From: Candidatus Thorarchaeota archaeon
GTDB taxonomy: Archaea; Asgardarchaeota; Thorarchaeia; Thorarchaeales; Thorarchaeaceae
Length of the DNA: 22,196 nucleotides
Direction: 5' to 3'
NCBI GenBank assembly: GCA_003345545.1
Contig: PRDH01000049.1
Coordinates: 1-22,196 of the forward strand
How positions within the stretch are numbered: the stretch's first letter is position 1; each line of letters opens with the position of its first letter. The position numbers and the translations under genes are program-made. A model generated the notes under the pieces. It was given only the letters and a program-made list of their open reading frames with translations, did not search any database and was not told the DNA's origin. Of this stretch, positions 1 to 8,376 are shown in pieces.

Positions 1-1
1 A

Positions 2-3000
2 AAGGCTTTCAAATCGTTCCAAAAGGCACTAGTCGTAGCTGGGATAGTACTCGACGTGGGCCTTTCAATCTATGCAGCTATACTGATTGCTGATAGCATT
101 GGAGGTCGCCTAGGAGCCGAGATCGGAGCCATATATGGTGTAGCGGGTGCTGCGTTCGCAGTTCTTGGCGCAGTCGTTCTCCTTGGCATCGGGGCGATAC
201 CCTATGTGGGATGGCTAATTGCTTTGGGGCTTGTCATTGCGGACTTGATTGGTGGCTACTCGGACAAGCTCATAGAATGGCTCACCGGAGCCATATTCGG
301 CGATCAGGAGGATGTGCACAAGGCTGAGGTTGCTGACCCTGGGATTGAGGTTCTAAGACCACCATCAGCGACAACCATTGACCATGATGGGAACGGTCTT
401 GATGTAGGAGATACAATCGAGATCATCGTGCGTTTCCGCGCAACAGTAGAGGACACAGTCAATAGTACAATTCCAGTGGACAGCTACATCAGACCATATA
501 TTCAGCTCTTCGTACCTCAGGGCGAGGTTTCGTCTTCTGGATACCCTGCTGTAGATGATATGAAAGTGGAGAAGGGCGATTTCTGGAAATCAGAGACCTA
601 TGACACAGCTGCATGGGCAACGCCGAGTCTGCCAATGGTGAATTTTCCAGTTCTGGTGTTGCTCAAGTATGATTACAGACTTCGTTATGACTGGCGACAC
701 TTAGTCATGAACTGGGTATACTGCGATCATACAGACTGGACGGAGGGCTCTGGCGTCGAACAACTGACTAGATATCATTTCGATATCATGCCTCAAACAA
801 TCGATGACTTTGTGAGATGGGGCGGAATCAAGTTGCTTGACTCTGATGCAGATGAGTTGAAGGACTCTGAGGAGTCCTCAACAGATGTATGGAAGTACGA
901 TTCAGATGGGGACAGCCTTCGAGACAAGTACGAAATCGACTACGGCCTGGACCCGAATAATTTCGATAGTGACGAGGATGGGCTCAGCGATAAATGGGAG
1001 ATTGTCTATGGCACTAATGCGACAATGCGTGATAGTGATGTTGACGGACTTCCAGACTATGTTGAAATTGCCGGCTGGAATATCGAGTTCAACTACACTC
1101 AGACCGAAGGTTCCGTGATTATTCCATTCACTACTCACGTGTACTCGGACCCGCGGAACAATGACAGTGATGCGGATGGGATCAATGACTTCATAGAATA
1201 CCAGAGTGGTCTCAATCCCCAATCAAAAGACACTGATGGCGACTCTGTCTTTGATCAACCTGCTCCAGAGACCGAGACGCTGGTAGAGGAAATCTGGCAA
1301 AGGTCTGTAGGATCCACAAACGGCTTCGACGTTGATTCACTAGGCAACATACATTGCGGCTACGTATCGACCTCAGGCTCATCGATCTGGAAATTCAACC
1401 CAGGCGGGGAGGCCATCCTTAATTATGGCGCTGGGGAACTCACTCTACCAATGGCTCTAGCTACGGGAAATCAAGACACTGTCTATGTTCAGGACTGGAA
1501 TATCCCCTCGATTATCCCCAAGATCTCTTTGCCCACTTATACTAACAGCATCTACCCGGCTATTGCCCTTACTCAAGATGGTAGTAGACTGGCAGTTGGC
1601 TCAAGGTATGATGATACGGTTTGGATCTATAATCGGGTCGGTTCAGAGTGGATCCTAGAGAGCACGCTTTTTTCAACAGCAGGTTCTGAGAACTTTGGGT
1701 GTTCTCTTGCATTCAGTGCGGATGGAAACACACTTGTTGTTGGAGCGCATTTGCGTGATGTTGCTTCGTCCAGTAATGGAGCCGCATATGTCTATACCAG
1801 ATCTGGAACCGAATGGAGTCTGAATTCTTTCCTCTCTGTATCAGACGCACACACATACCACTTCGGCTATGCAGTGGCAATTGCTGGCTCAGGAAGTATA
1901 GTTGTGGTCGGTCAGGAACGAAATATCTACATCTATGTCTATCAGAATGGGGGATATACCTTCTATCGGAGATATACGGTTCCAACCACGAACAGAATTG
2001 TATCCTCTATAGCTGTCAGTGATAGTGGCGCTAAGATCGCAGTGGGTGCAGAGTACCTCTATTCTGGTTCTTCTGAAGAAGCAAAGGTCTTTGTTTTTGA
2101 GTACAACGGAGCAGTAGGTCAGTGGATACCTTATGAGCTGACAAGTGCAGATAGACTCGCTGGAGACCAGTTTGGTCATGATGTTTCAATCGATAGCTCA
2201 GGCAGCATCATAGCTGCTGGCGCGCCGCACTATTCTGACCAAGGAAAAGGACCTGGATCAGTATACATCTTCACAAAGGATGCCACATCCAATCCGTGGT
2301 CACAATCACAGATAGAAAGAACAAGACTAACGGATCCAACCGGTCGTACAAACTATCGTTTTGGATTTTCAGTGAGGCTCAATCCAGTCGGTGATCATGT
2401 TCTAATTGGTTCACCAGGAAGAGGAAGAGGCGCAATGTTCGTCTTTGAAGAGTGTGACTCCACATGGGTGCCGCTCTCCTGGATAGATCCAATATTGGAG
2501 TCTGCGCACGGCAATTTTGGTTATTCTGTGGCAATCGATTCTACAGCGAGCCGATTGATGGGAGCTGCCATTCAGACTGATATAACTCAACCAATGCCCG
2601 TCTTTGAGTTCTCAACTGCCCCTGACCGGATAGTACGCTTTGATTCCGATGGGACAGATGCAGGAGTGTTCCTTCCCAGTCTAGCATGGGGACATTCTGC
2701 TTGGTATACGTCAGTATTTGGCATGACATCGGATTCGGATGGCTACTTGTACGTGTCATACGATGATACGGTCATTGCAGGCATCCGAAAATACGCTCCC
2801 TCTGGTGAGTTGGTTAGCTTCATCGGTGGTGGCTGGCTCTCTCGTCCATGCGGTATGGCCATTGATAATGATGGAAATATCTACGTGGCTGATAGGAGGA
2901 ACAACGATGTTCTGAAGTTCTCCCCTGCTGGAGAACTGATGCCAACACCTTGGTCTGGATTCTCGGAACCTAGAGCCGTGGATGTGGACTCAGAAGGCAA

Positions 3001-5365
3001 TGTCTACGTTGCTGACACAGGAAACAATCGTGTGCTTGTGTTTGATGAAAATGGAGTCCCTGTTACGTCATTCTCTTTCCCTTCGCCTATGGCGCTGAGA
3101 CTGCACGACGATGGCAATCTGTATGTCGCAACTTGGGACAGACTTGCAAGGTACAGAGTCTATGAAGTGTACGTTGAGACCGAACCACCAAGCGAATCCA
3201 TTGACTGGGACGAGGACGGACTCATCAACGACGTAGAGACTGCAGGCTGGGACATAGCCTACGTGACCTCTGATGGAACATGGTTCGCTCATGTTGATAG
3301 CAATCAGAATCAGGAAGATACTGATCTTGATGGGCTCTCCGACCTACAAGAATGGGAGCTGGGTAGTAATCCACGATTGGGGGACACCGACAAGGATGGG
3401 TTGGATGACCACTTCGAATGGTCAAATGGCCTAAACATTACAGACTTCGATACCGATGGAGAACTGCTGGATGATGGTACAGAGTTGACCTTTGGTAGCA
3501 GTCCTCTTCTACGAGATACAGACTTTGATGGCACAGATGACCACATCGAGTTCCTACACGGCACCAATCCACTGGCGATTGACACTGATCATGATGACGC
3601 GAATGACACTGAGGAATTGATGGTTGGGTCAGAGCCGCTCTCACCCGACTCAGACAGTGACTTTGTCTTTGATGGTGCTGAACTTGACCAAGGCACAGAT
3701 CCTGTCAATGGTGATAGTGATGCGGACTTCATCGAAGATGGTCTAGAAGGCATCATGGGCACTAATCCACTCTCTAATGATACAGATGGGGACAATGTGA
3801 CGGACTTCGTGGAGATTGCTCTAGGTCTCAATCCTGTATCAAATGACACAGATGGAGATAATATCCCGGACAATGTTGAGCTGATAGGGGGTACGAACCC
3901 TCGGAGCAATGACACAGACAATGATGGCATTCCAGACGGTCTTGACTCAGACTCACTATCCGATATCTCAGGTCGAATAATCCTCGTCTGTGATGACCTC
4001 AGTGATCCAGAAGTTGCGGCATTCGTCGACAACGTAATGGAATATCACAATGCAATCATTACGGATAGAGAGGGCCTTCTGGCCAACTATACAGATGACC
4101 CCTGGATTGTATTGATAGGAGCGCCCTCGCCCGATAATGAAACCGTGGGCAATCTCATTTTCACTCTGTTAGAAGACTCTCCGGATGTGTTGCAGGCCAT
4201 GATAGAATCCGGTGGGAACCACATCGCTGTAAGATATGGAATATGGAATGAGACTCAGACGGTCGTCATGCTCTCACAGGTGGCACCTCAAGATGTCTAT
4301 CCTGTTCTTCAAGCATTAAAGGAGAAGAACGTCACCCTGAATGGGGACACTATCATTGTTGAGTTTCCATTACTCACTAATACAGAGCATATTGTGAACA
4401 TCTTTCTGCAACTTGATGACATTGACGTAGTGAAGATGACCGACTCGACGTTAATGGTGGCATTTACAGAACCGGCACAACCGACAGTCATTATGAGGCT
4501 TTATAATGAGTCTACGACTCCCTCTCAACTAACAGATGAGACCGGGTTGGAGACCTATAGTGAATCTATGGGCAAGTATCTTGAAATCGACCTGAGTATT
4601 GAGGGGTCCAGTGATGCACCCGTTGACTCCGCAATGATAAGAATCTACTACAAGGAGTCCGAGCTTGACCGCACTGGCGATGGACTGGCAACTGACATTG
4701 AGGACCTCAATGAGACCACTCTTGCCCTCTACTTCTATGATGAGGCTGCTGGATTGTGGATTGAGCTTAATGAGGGTCTTGATTGGGTCATTGCCGCTGG
4801 CGTAAACACCACTGACATGTATCTCTATGGTGAAGTCTATGCTGGATACGTCTGGGCGCAGATGCAACACCTCTCACTTTACAGCATCGCTGGCATGACG
4901 CATAATCGTCCCCCCGATGTCTCAGGCGCATATCCAAGCATTGAGTTCCTGTGGCCGCCCAACGGAAGATTTGTCGGTGTAACAATAGAGGGTGTCTTTG
5001 ACCCAGATGGTGACAATGTGACCATCACGATACTGAACATCACAAGTGATGAGCCTGTCGGATGGCGCCCAGATGCTTATGGGGTCGGTACTGACACTGC
5101 ATGGCTTCGAGCTGAGAGAAACGGATGCGGCAATGGCAGGGTCTACGAGATCACTTTCTTGGCTTCTGATGGGCGAGGAGGTGAAACACTAGGTTCTGTG
5201 TTCGTCTATGTACCGCATCATACGCACAGATGCGGTTTTGTGATACCCATAGATGACGGACAGAACTATGATGCCACTCAAGGATGGCGTCCCGTGCACT
5301 GCCGATGGTGGCACTGGTTTGGCTTCCAGCATTGTCATTGCCATCATAGACCATGTAGAAGTTAG
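2..5365 (+). CDS. Giant multidomain extracellular/surface protein, 5'-partial (hydrophobic helical segment, TSP3-like Ca-binding repeats, NHL and FG-GAP propellers, LWPPN Ig-like domain)
   Basis: The frame is open from base 2 (KAFKSFQKALVVAGIVLDVG...), so the GTG at 56 is probably internal. DxDxDG(L/I)xDxxE repeats lie at ~839-1255 and ~3203-3950. FG-GAP-like blades (FGCSLAFSADGNTLVVGA, FGHDVSIDSSGSIIAAGAP, FGFSVRL...LIGSP) lie at ~1502-2620. NHL repeats (PCGMAIDNDGNIYVADRRNNDVLKF, PRAVDVDSEGNVYVADTGNNRVLVFD) run to ~3170. The LWPPN...LRAER...GRVYEITF domain is at ~4904-5218. Confidence 0.9.
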   Translation, partial: KAFKSFQKALVVAGIVLDVGLSIYAAILIADSIGGRLGAEIGAIYGVAGAAFAVLGAVVLLGIGAIPYVGWLIALGLVIADLIGGYSDKLIEWLTGAIFGDQEDVHKAEVADPGIEVLRPPSATTIDHDGNGLDVGDTIEIIVRFRATVEDTVNSTIPVDSYIRPYIQLFVPQGEVSSSGYPAVDDMKVEKGDFWKSETYDTAAWATPSLPMVNFPVLVLLKYDYRLRYDWRHLVMNWVYCDHTDWTEGSGVEQLTRYHFDIMPQTIDDFVRWGGIKLLDSDADELKDSEESSTDVWKYDSDGDSLRDKYEIDYGLDPNNFDSDEDGLSDKWEIVYGTNATMRDSDVDGLPDYVEIAGWNIEFNYTQTEGSVIIPFTTHVYSDPRNNDSDADGINDFIEYQSGLNPQSKDTDGDSVFDQPAPETETLVEEIWQRSVGSTNGFDVDSLGNIHCGYVSTSGSSIWKFNPGGEAILNYGAGELTLPMALATGNQDTVYVQDWNIPSIIPKISLPTYTNSIYPAIALTQDGSRLAVGSRYDDTVWIYNRVGSEWILESTLFSTAGSENFGCSLAFSADGNTLVVGAHLRDVASSSNGAAYVYTRSGTEWSLNSFLSVSDAHTYHFGYAVAIAGSGSIVVVGQERNIYIYVYQNGGYTFYRRYTVPTTNRIVSSIAVSDSGAKIAVGAEYLYSGSSEEAKVFVFEYNGAVGQWIPYELTSADRLAGDQFGHDVSIDSSGSIIAAGAPHYSDQGKGPGSVYIFTKDATSNPWSQSQIERTRLTDPTGRTNYRFGFSVRLNPVGDHVLIGSPGRGRGAMFVFEECDSTWVPLSWIDPILESAHGNFGYSVAIDSTASRLMGAAIQTDITQPMPVFEFSTAPDRIVRFDSDGTDAGVFLPSLAWGHSAWYTSVFGMTSDSDGYLYVSYDDTVIAGIRKYAPSGELVSFIGGGWLSRPCGMAIDNDGNIYVADRRNNDVLKFSPAGELMPTPWSGFSEPRAVDVDSEGNVYVADTGNNRVLVFDENGVPVTSFSFPSPMALRLHDDGNLYVATWDRLARYRVYEVYVETEPPSESIDWDEDGLINDVETAGWDIAYVTSDGTWFAHVDSNQNQEDTDLDGLSDLQEWELGSNPRLGDTDKDGLDDHFEWSNGLNITDFDTDGELLDDGTELTFGSSPLLRDTDFDGTDDHIEFLHGTNPLAIDTDHDDANDTEELMVGSEPLSPDSDSDFVFDGAELDQGTDPVNGDSDADFIEDGLEGIMGTNPLSNDTDGDNVTDFVEIALGLNPVSNDTDGDNIPDNVELIGGTNPRSNDTDNDGIPDGLDSDSLSDISGRIILVCDDLSDPEVAAFVDNVMEYHNAIITDREGLLANYTDDPWIVLIGAPSPDNETVGNLIFTLLEDSPDVLQAMIESGGNHIAVRYGIWNETQTVVMLSQVAPQDVYPVLQALKEKNVTLNGDTIIVEFPLLTNTEHIVNIFLQLDDIDVVKMTDSTLMVAFTEPAQPTVIMRLYNESTTPSQLTDETGLETYSESMGKYLEIDLSIEGSSDAPVDSAMIRIYYKESELDRTGDGLATDIEDLNETTLALYFYDEAAGLWIELNEGLDWVIAAGVNTTDMYLYGEVYAGYVWAQMQHLSLYSIAGMTHNRPPDVSGAYPSIEFLWPPNGRFVGVTIEGVFDPDGDNVTITILNITSDEPVGWRPDAYGVGTDTAWLRAERNGCGNGRVYEITFLASDGRGGETLGSVFVYVPHHTHRCGFVIPIDDGQNYDATQGWRPVHCRWWHWFGFQHCHCHHRPCRS

Positions 5366-5404
5366 ACTGTCAGAATACGGATGACTAGAGAGGAAAGAAT
5401 GAAG

Positions 5405-5425
5405 GAGAGAGGAAGACCCGCTCTC
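5405..5425. repeat. Intergenic palindrome GAGAGAGG-AAGAC-CCGCTCTC (degenerate copy of hairpin family)
   Basis: 8-bp stem with one mismatch and a 5-nt loop, 40 nt after the giant gene's stop. It is preceded by AGGAAAGAATG, similar to the AGGAAGAATG before the 11801 copy. Confidence 0.55.
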
Positions 5426-5549
5426 CAAAAGGACTTGCATCTCTCAAAATCCAGACCAGATTGACAACAAAGAAGATATGGAAGAACACCATACCTCTTC
5501 ATTACCATGCATAATGTCTTGGATGCTATGACCTACAGGATGTGAAAGA

Positions 5550-6416
5550 ATGGGTAAACTGGAAGATAGAGTGGCTGTGATAACTGGCGGTGCCAGTGGC
5601 ATTGGAGAAGCAATAGTACGTCTATTCGTGAAAGAGGGTGCTCGGGTGGTCGTTGCCGACATCCAAGATGAGCCTGGTCAGAAACTCGCTAGGAGTCTTG
5701 GAAAGAAGGCCAGCTTCATTCACACTGATGTCACCCTAGAAGACAACGTAAAGGGTATGATTGATCACGCCGTAGACTCCTATGGTCGCCTGGACTGCGT
5801 TGTCAACAATGCGGGCATGGGTGGTGTTGAAGGGGAAATCGAGTCCATACCTGTCACAGGATTTGATAAGACAATGGCTATTCTGCTTCGTGGAGTGTTC
5901 TTGGGGATGAAACACGCCGCTCCGGTCATGAAACGACAAGGTAAGGGGAACATCATAAACATGGCCAGCATAGCTGGTCTGCGTGGCATATCCCAAAATC
6001 ACCCGTATAGTGCAGCTAAGGCGGCTGTCATCCAGCTGACTCGTACGGTGGCGATGGAGCTGGCACAGTACCAGATACGCGTGAACTGTATCTGCCCGGG
6101 CATGATTGTGACCTCCATATTCGGGATGACCAAGGGAATGTCTAGTCCGGATATTGCACGCACAAAGGAGAATCTGAATCGTCTCTTCGAAAAAATGCAA
6201 CCCATTCAGCGGACTGGTCTCCCAGAGGACATTGCCAATGCTGCGCTCTGGCTAGCAGGCGATGACTCGAGCTTTGTCACTGGACATGCATTGGTTGTGG
6301 ATGGAGGTACAAGTGCTGGGCAAATGTGGTCCTCCCAGATGAAGTACAAGGCGAAGATAGAGTCAGCTCTTGGACTGGAGCCTTCTGAGCAGGTGCCAAT
6401 CACAAAGAAAGAGTGA
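5550..6416 (+). CDS. Short-chain dehydrogenase/reductase (classical SDR, FabG/3-beta-HSD-like)
   Basis: TGGASGIG Rossmann motif, NNAG, catalytic YSAAK, IRVNCICPG, and C-terminal VTGHALVVDGG. Confidence 0.95.
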   Translation: MGKLEDRVAVITGGASGIGEAIVRLFVKEGARVVVADIQDEPGQKLARSLGKKASFIHTDVTLEDNVKGMIDHAVDSYGRLDCVVNNAGMGGVEGEIESIPVTGFDKTMAILLRGVFLGMKHAAPVMKRQGKGNIINMASIAGLRGISQNHPYSAAKAAVIQLTRTVAMELAQYQIRVNCICPGMIVTSIFGMTKGMSSPDIARTKENLNRLFEKMQPIQRTGLPEDIANAALWLAGDDSSFVTGHALVVDGGTSAGQMWSSQMKYKAKIESALGLEPSEQVPITKKE

Positions 6417-6418
6417 GG

Positions 6419-6439
6419 GAGAGAGGTTGTCCCTCTCTC
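6419..6439. repeat. Perfect palindrome GAGAGAGG-TTGTC-CCTCTCTC between convergent genes (possible terminator/REP-like)
   Basis: 8-bp perfect inverted repeat starting 3 nt after the SDR stop. Confidence 0.7.
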
Positions 6440-6489
6440 AATCCAAGATTCGTGAGTATACTCTAGCAGATCTCAACAGTCTTGCAGTA

Positions 6490-7362
6490 TCATCCAATGA
6501 ACTCGGCAATTCCATTGACCAATACTGGAATGTCTTTTTCATCTCTCGTTTCAAAGTGCACGACATGGACTCCATTCTCTTTGATTCCTGCATCGTAGAC
6601 CTCTGTCACTAGACTCTGGTTCAGAAGAACGGGCCTTGAGAAGCGGACCTCCATGCTCTTCAACCGCGTTGGATCGCCACCTAGGAGTTCGTCCACAAGC
6701 ACTTGTGAGGCGAGAGCCATAGTGCATAATCCCTGGAGAATAGCACTGGGAAGTCCAGCACTTCTGGCAATCTCATCACTTATGTGAATTGGATTATGGT
6801 CTCCGGAAGCCTCAGCATACCTTGCGCCCTGGTCCCCTGTGACGACTGTCTTTTTCTTCGCAAGCACTCTTCCTCTCTCAACAACCTGAGCACTCTCTCG
6901 GGTCTTCTCATCTCTTGCTGCCTTCTTCCCCCTGGCCAGTAATCGATACCTCATCTCGACTACAATGCTCTTTCCTCGCTTGCACTGAATCTGCATGTCC
7001 AAGATGTCATTGACTCCACGTTGCTCCATGTTGATGATCTTCGCAGTGGTGCGGATCGAATCTCCTGGGTGAAGAGCAGCTCTCCATGACATCCTATGTT
7101 CAGCATGGACCACCCGTAGAATGTCAAGTTTCATACCCTCTGCATCATCCACTAGCTGGCGTAGGATATCTGGTAAGAACACAACGGGATAGAGAGGAGG
7201 TGGAACAAGGTCAGTACCTCGTCCTTTGCTCAGATAACGTGGATTCTTCTCATTGGTAGCTAGAGCATATTGCCGAATACTCTCGGGTTCCACAAGTTGA
7301 GGTCCGGTACTGTACTCTTTTCCAAGAAAATCTCTGTTCAGTGTCACAATCTCATCAGACAA
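6490..7362 (-). CDS. Double-hotdog MaoC-family (R)-enoyl-CoA hydratase/dehydratase
   Basis: N-terminal MaoC_N-like half (IRQYALATNEKNP...PPLYP...VVHAE). The C-terminal half has the hydratase-2 motif YAEASGDHNPIH...GL. TTG start with AGGAGG SD. Confidence 0.9.
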   Translation of the reverse strand: MSDEIVTLNRDFLGKEYSTGPQLVEPESIRQYALATNEKNPRYLSKGRGTDLVPPPLYPVVFLPDILRQLVDDAEGMKLDILRVVHAEHRMSWRAALHPGDSIRTTAKIINMEQRGVNDILDMQIQCKRGKSIVVEMRYRLLARGKKAARDEKTRESAQVVERGRVLAKKKTVVTGDQGARYAEASGDHNPIHISDEIARSAGLPSAILQGLCTMALASQVLVDELLGGDPTRLKSMEVRFSRPVLLNQSLVTEVYDAGIKENGVHVVHFETRDEKDIPVLVNGIAEFIG

Positions 7363-7470
7363 GGCTGTGCCTCCTAGTTGACAATGAATGCCAGTCGCAA
7401 CGTTGTGGCATTGCGTGTCGCCTGTTGTGTGATGCCTGTAATTAGTCTATTCATGCATCATGTGAGACTG

Positions 7471-7527
7471 AGAGAGAGGATTCAAACCTCTCTCGATTTG
7501 AAAACTGGAACTACATCTGTTTCCCTA
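7471..7527 (-). repeat. ~55-bp repeat copy A (hairpin GAGAGAGG-ATTCAAA-CCTCTCTC plus GATTTGAAA...AACTACATCTGTTTC)
   Basis: Two 15-nt blocks (7489-7503 and 7509-7523) are identical to 11814-11828 and 11833-11847. Confidence 0.8.
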
Positions 7528-7547
7528 GGCGGTACGGGAGGGACTCG
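7528..7547 (-). other. tRNA 3'-end fragment (T-loop half, T-stem, acceptor strand, G discriminator, CC); candidate att site
   Basis: The minus strand reads CGAGT-CCCTC-CCGTACC-G-CC, which matches the spacing of tRNA positions 56-75. The complementary 5' parts (GAGGGTT, GGTACGG) are absent upstream. Confidence 0.65.
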
Positions 7548-7572
7548 GGGCGACCATCTGCTATGAATGCAC

Positions 7573-7596
7573 TTAAATATGTGAGAACACGTATTT
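7573..7596 (+). promoter_or_regulatory. vapBC promoter: TATA-like box overlapping an inverted-repeat operator
   Basis: TTAAATAT at 7573-7580 lies 22-29 nt before ATG 7602. The inverted repeat AAATATGTG-AGAA-CACGTATTT (7575-7596, one mismatch) is typical of TA autorepression. Confidence 0.6.
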
Positions 7597-7601
7597 ATTG
7601 T

Positions 7602-7877
7602 ATGGCGAACATAACACTCTCGATTCCCGATGACGTAAGAGAAAGGATGAGGAAGTATCCAGAGATCAAGTGGAGCGAGGTCGTACGGCGGGCCATCATC
7701 GAATACTTGGATGATCTCACAGGTAGTGAGACACGCGACTCGACTTATTATGCCAAGATTGCGGAACGTCTAGGTATCAGGCTCGAAGAAATACCCTTGG
7801 TTGAGGCTGAACGACACTACAAAAAGATGAGGGACTTGGAATGGAAACGCCACTCTACGACACGAATGTCCTCATAG
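7602..7877 (+). CDS. vapB: Ribbon-helix-helix (CopG-like) antitoxin, VapB-type
   Basis: MANITLSIPDDVRERMRKYPEIKWSEVVRRAI is a typical archaeal RHH antitoxin N-terminus. Start moved to ATG 7602 from the promoter position. Overlaps the PIN gene by 37 nt. Confidence 0.85.
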   Translation: MANITLSIPDDVRERMRKYPEIKWSEVVRRAIIEYLDDLTGSETRDSTYYAKIAERLGIRLEEIPLVEAERHYKKMRDLEWKRHSTTRMSS

Positions 7878-8173
7878 AACACATGCGCAATGGGGAAACC
7901 TCGCTTGATGGCTTCACAACCATTCTCAACCTGATAGAGTTCCCAAAGGCTGTCACACTCAAAGGTCTTGATATTCTCATTCCAGGCAAGGATGACTATG
8001 ACAGAGGATTCGAGATGTCAATCCTGCTGCTCAAGGCTGGAACACCTATCCCTGCCATTGACATTGTGCTGGCTGCCATTGCTGCTAACCGAGGATTAGT
8101 CTTGCATACGAAGGACCAACACTTTGAGCATGTTCGCAAGATTGACGGTGAGTTTCAGGTCTTCATCGAGTGA
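7841..8173 (+). CDS. vapC: PIN-domain ribonuclease toxin
   Basis: YDTNVLIE, conserved E, IPAIDIVLAAIA and TKDQHF acidic PIN motifs; paired with the upstream RHH gene. Confidence 0.9.
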   Translation: METPLYDTNVLIEHMRNGETSLDGFTTILNLIEFPKAVTLKGLDILIPGKDDYDRGFEMSILLLKAGTPIPAIDIVLAAIAANRGLVLHTKDQHFEHVRKIDGEFQVFIE

Positions 8174-8191
8174 CTGTTTCACAGATGACCA

Positions 8192-8294
8192 CTACTCTGA
8201 AACCTCCCTCTCATTTTCGACTTGATGTTGGCTCACTCTCTCAATCGCCTGAAGTACTTCGTCTATCTTCTTCTGAGAGAGAATTGCTCTGATG
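8192..8294 (-). pseudogene. 3' remnant of a paralog of the 21267-21563 gene
   Basis: 8228-8294 matches 21291-21357 at 61/67 nt. It translates to IRAILSQKKIDEVLQAIERVSQHQVENEREVSE* versus IRAILSQKKVDEALQAIEKLSQGQVASDR*. The 5' part of the gene is missing. Confidence 0.85.
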
Positions 8295-8376
8295 TCGATA
8301 GTACCTCAATGACTTCATCTCTTGTAATCGCACGTTGCTTCATTCTCTCCAATGCGTGCTTTGTGAAGATAATCAA
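8263..8376 (-). pseudogene. Truncated DUF4258 (RelE/BrnT-like) toxin
   Basis: The TTG start overlaps the DUF2283 TGA. The sequence (M)IIFTKHALERMKQRAITRDEVIEVL carries the HAxxRMxxRxI signature. It breaks at ~8295, runs out of frame into the remnant and stops after 37 aa. Not in the supplied ORF track. Confidence 0.75.

Noticed and set aside
3310-4032. Ser-rich antisense ORFs (3310-3585, 3589-4032) and other short ORFs overlapping long genes
   Set aside because: These are shadows of the Asp-rich repeats or codon bias on the coding strand; no independent motifs or start signals.
7387-7412. Inverted repeat AATGCCA-N12-TGGCATT upstream of the MaoC gene
   Set aside because: A single 7-bp IR with no second copy or regulator nearby; could be chance.
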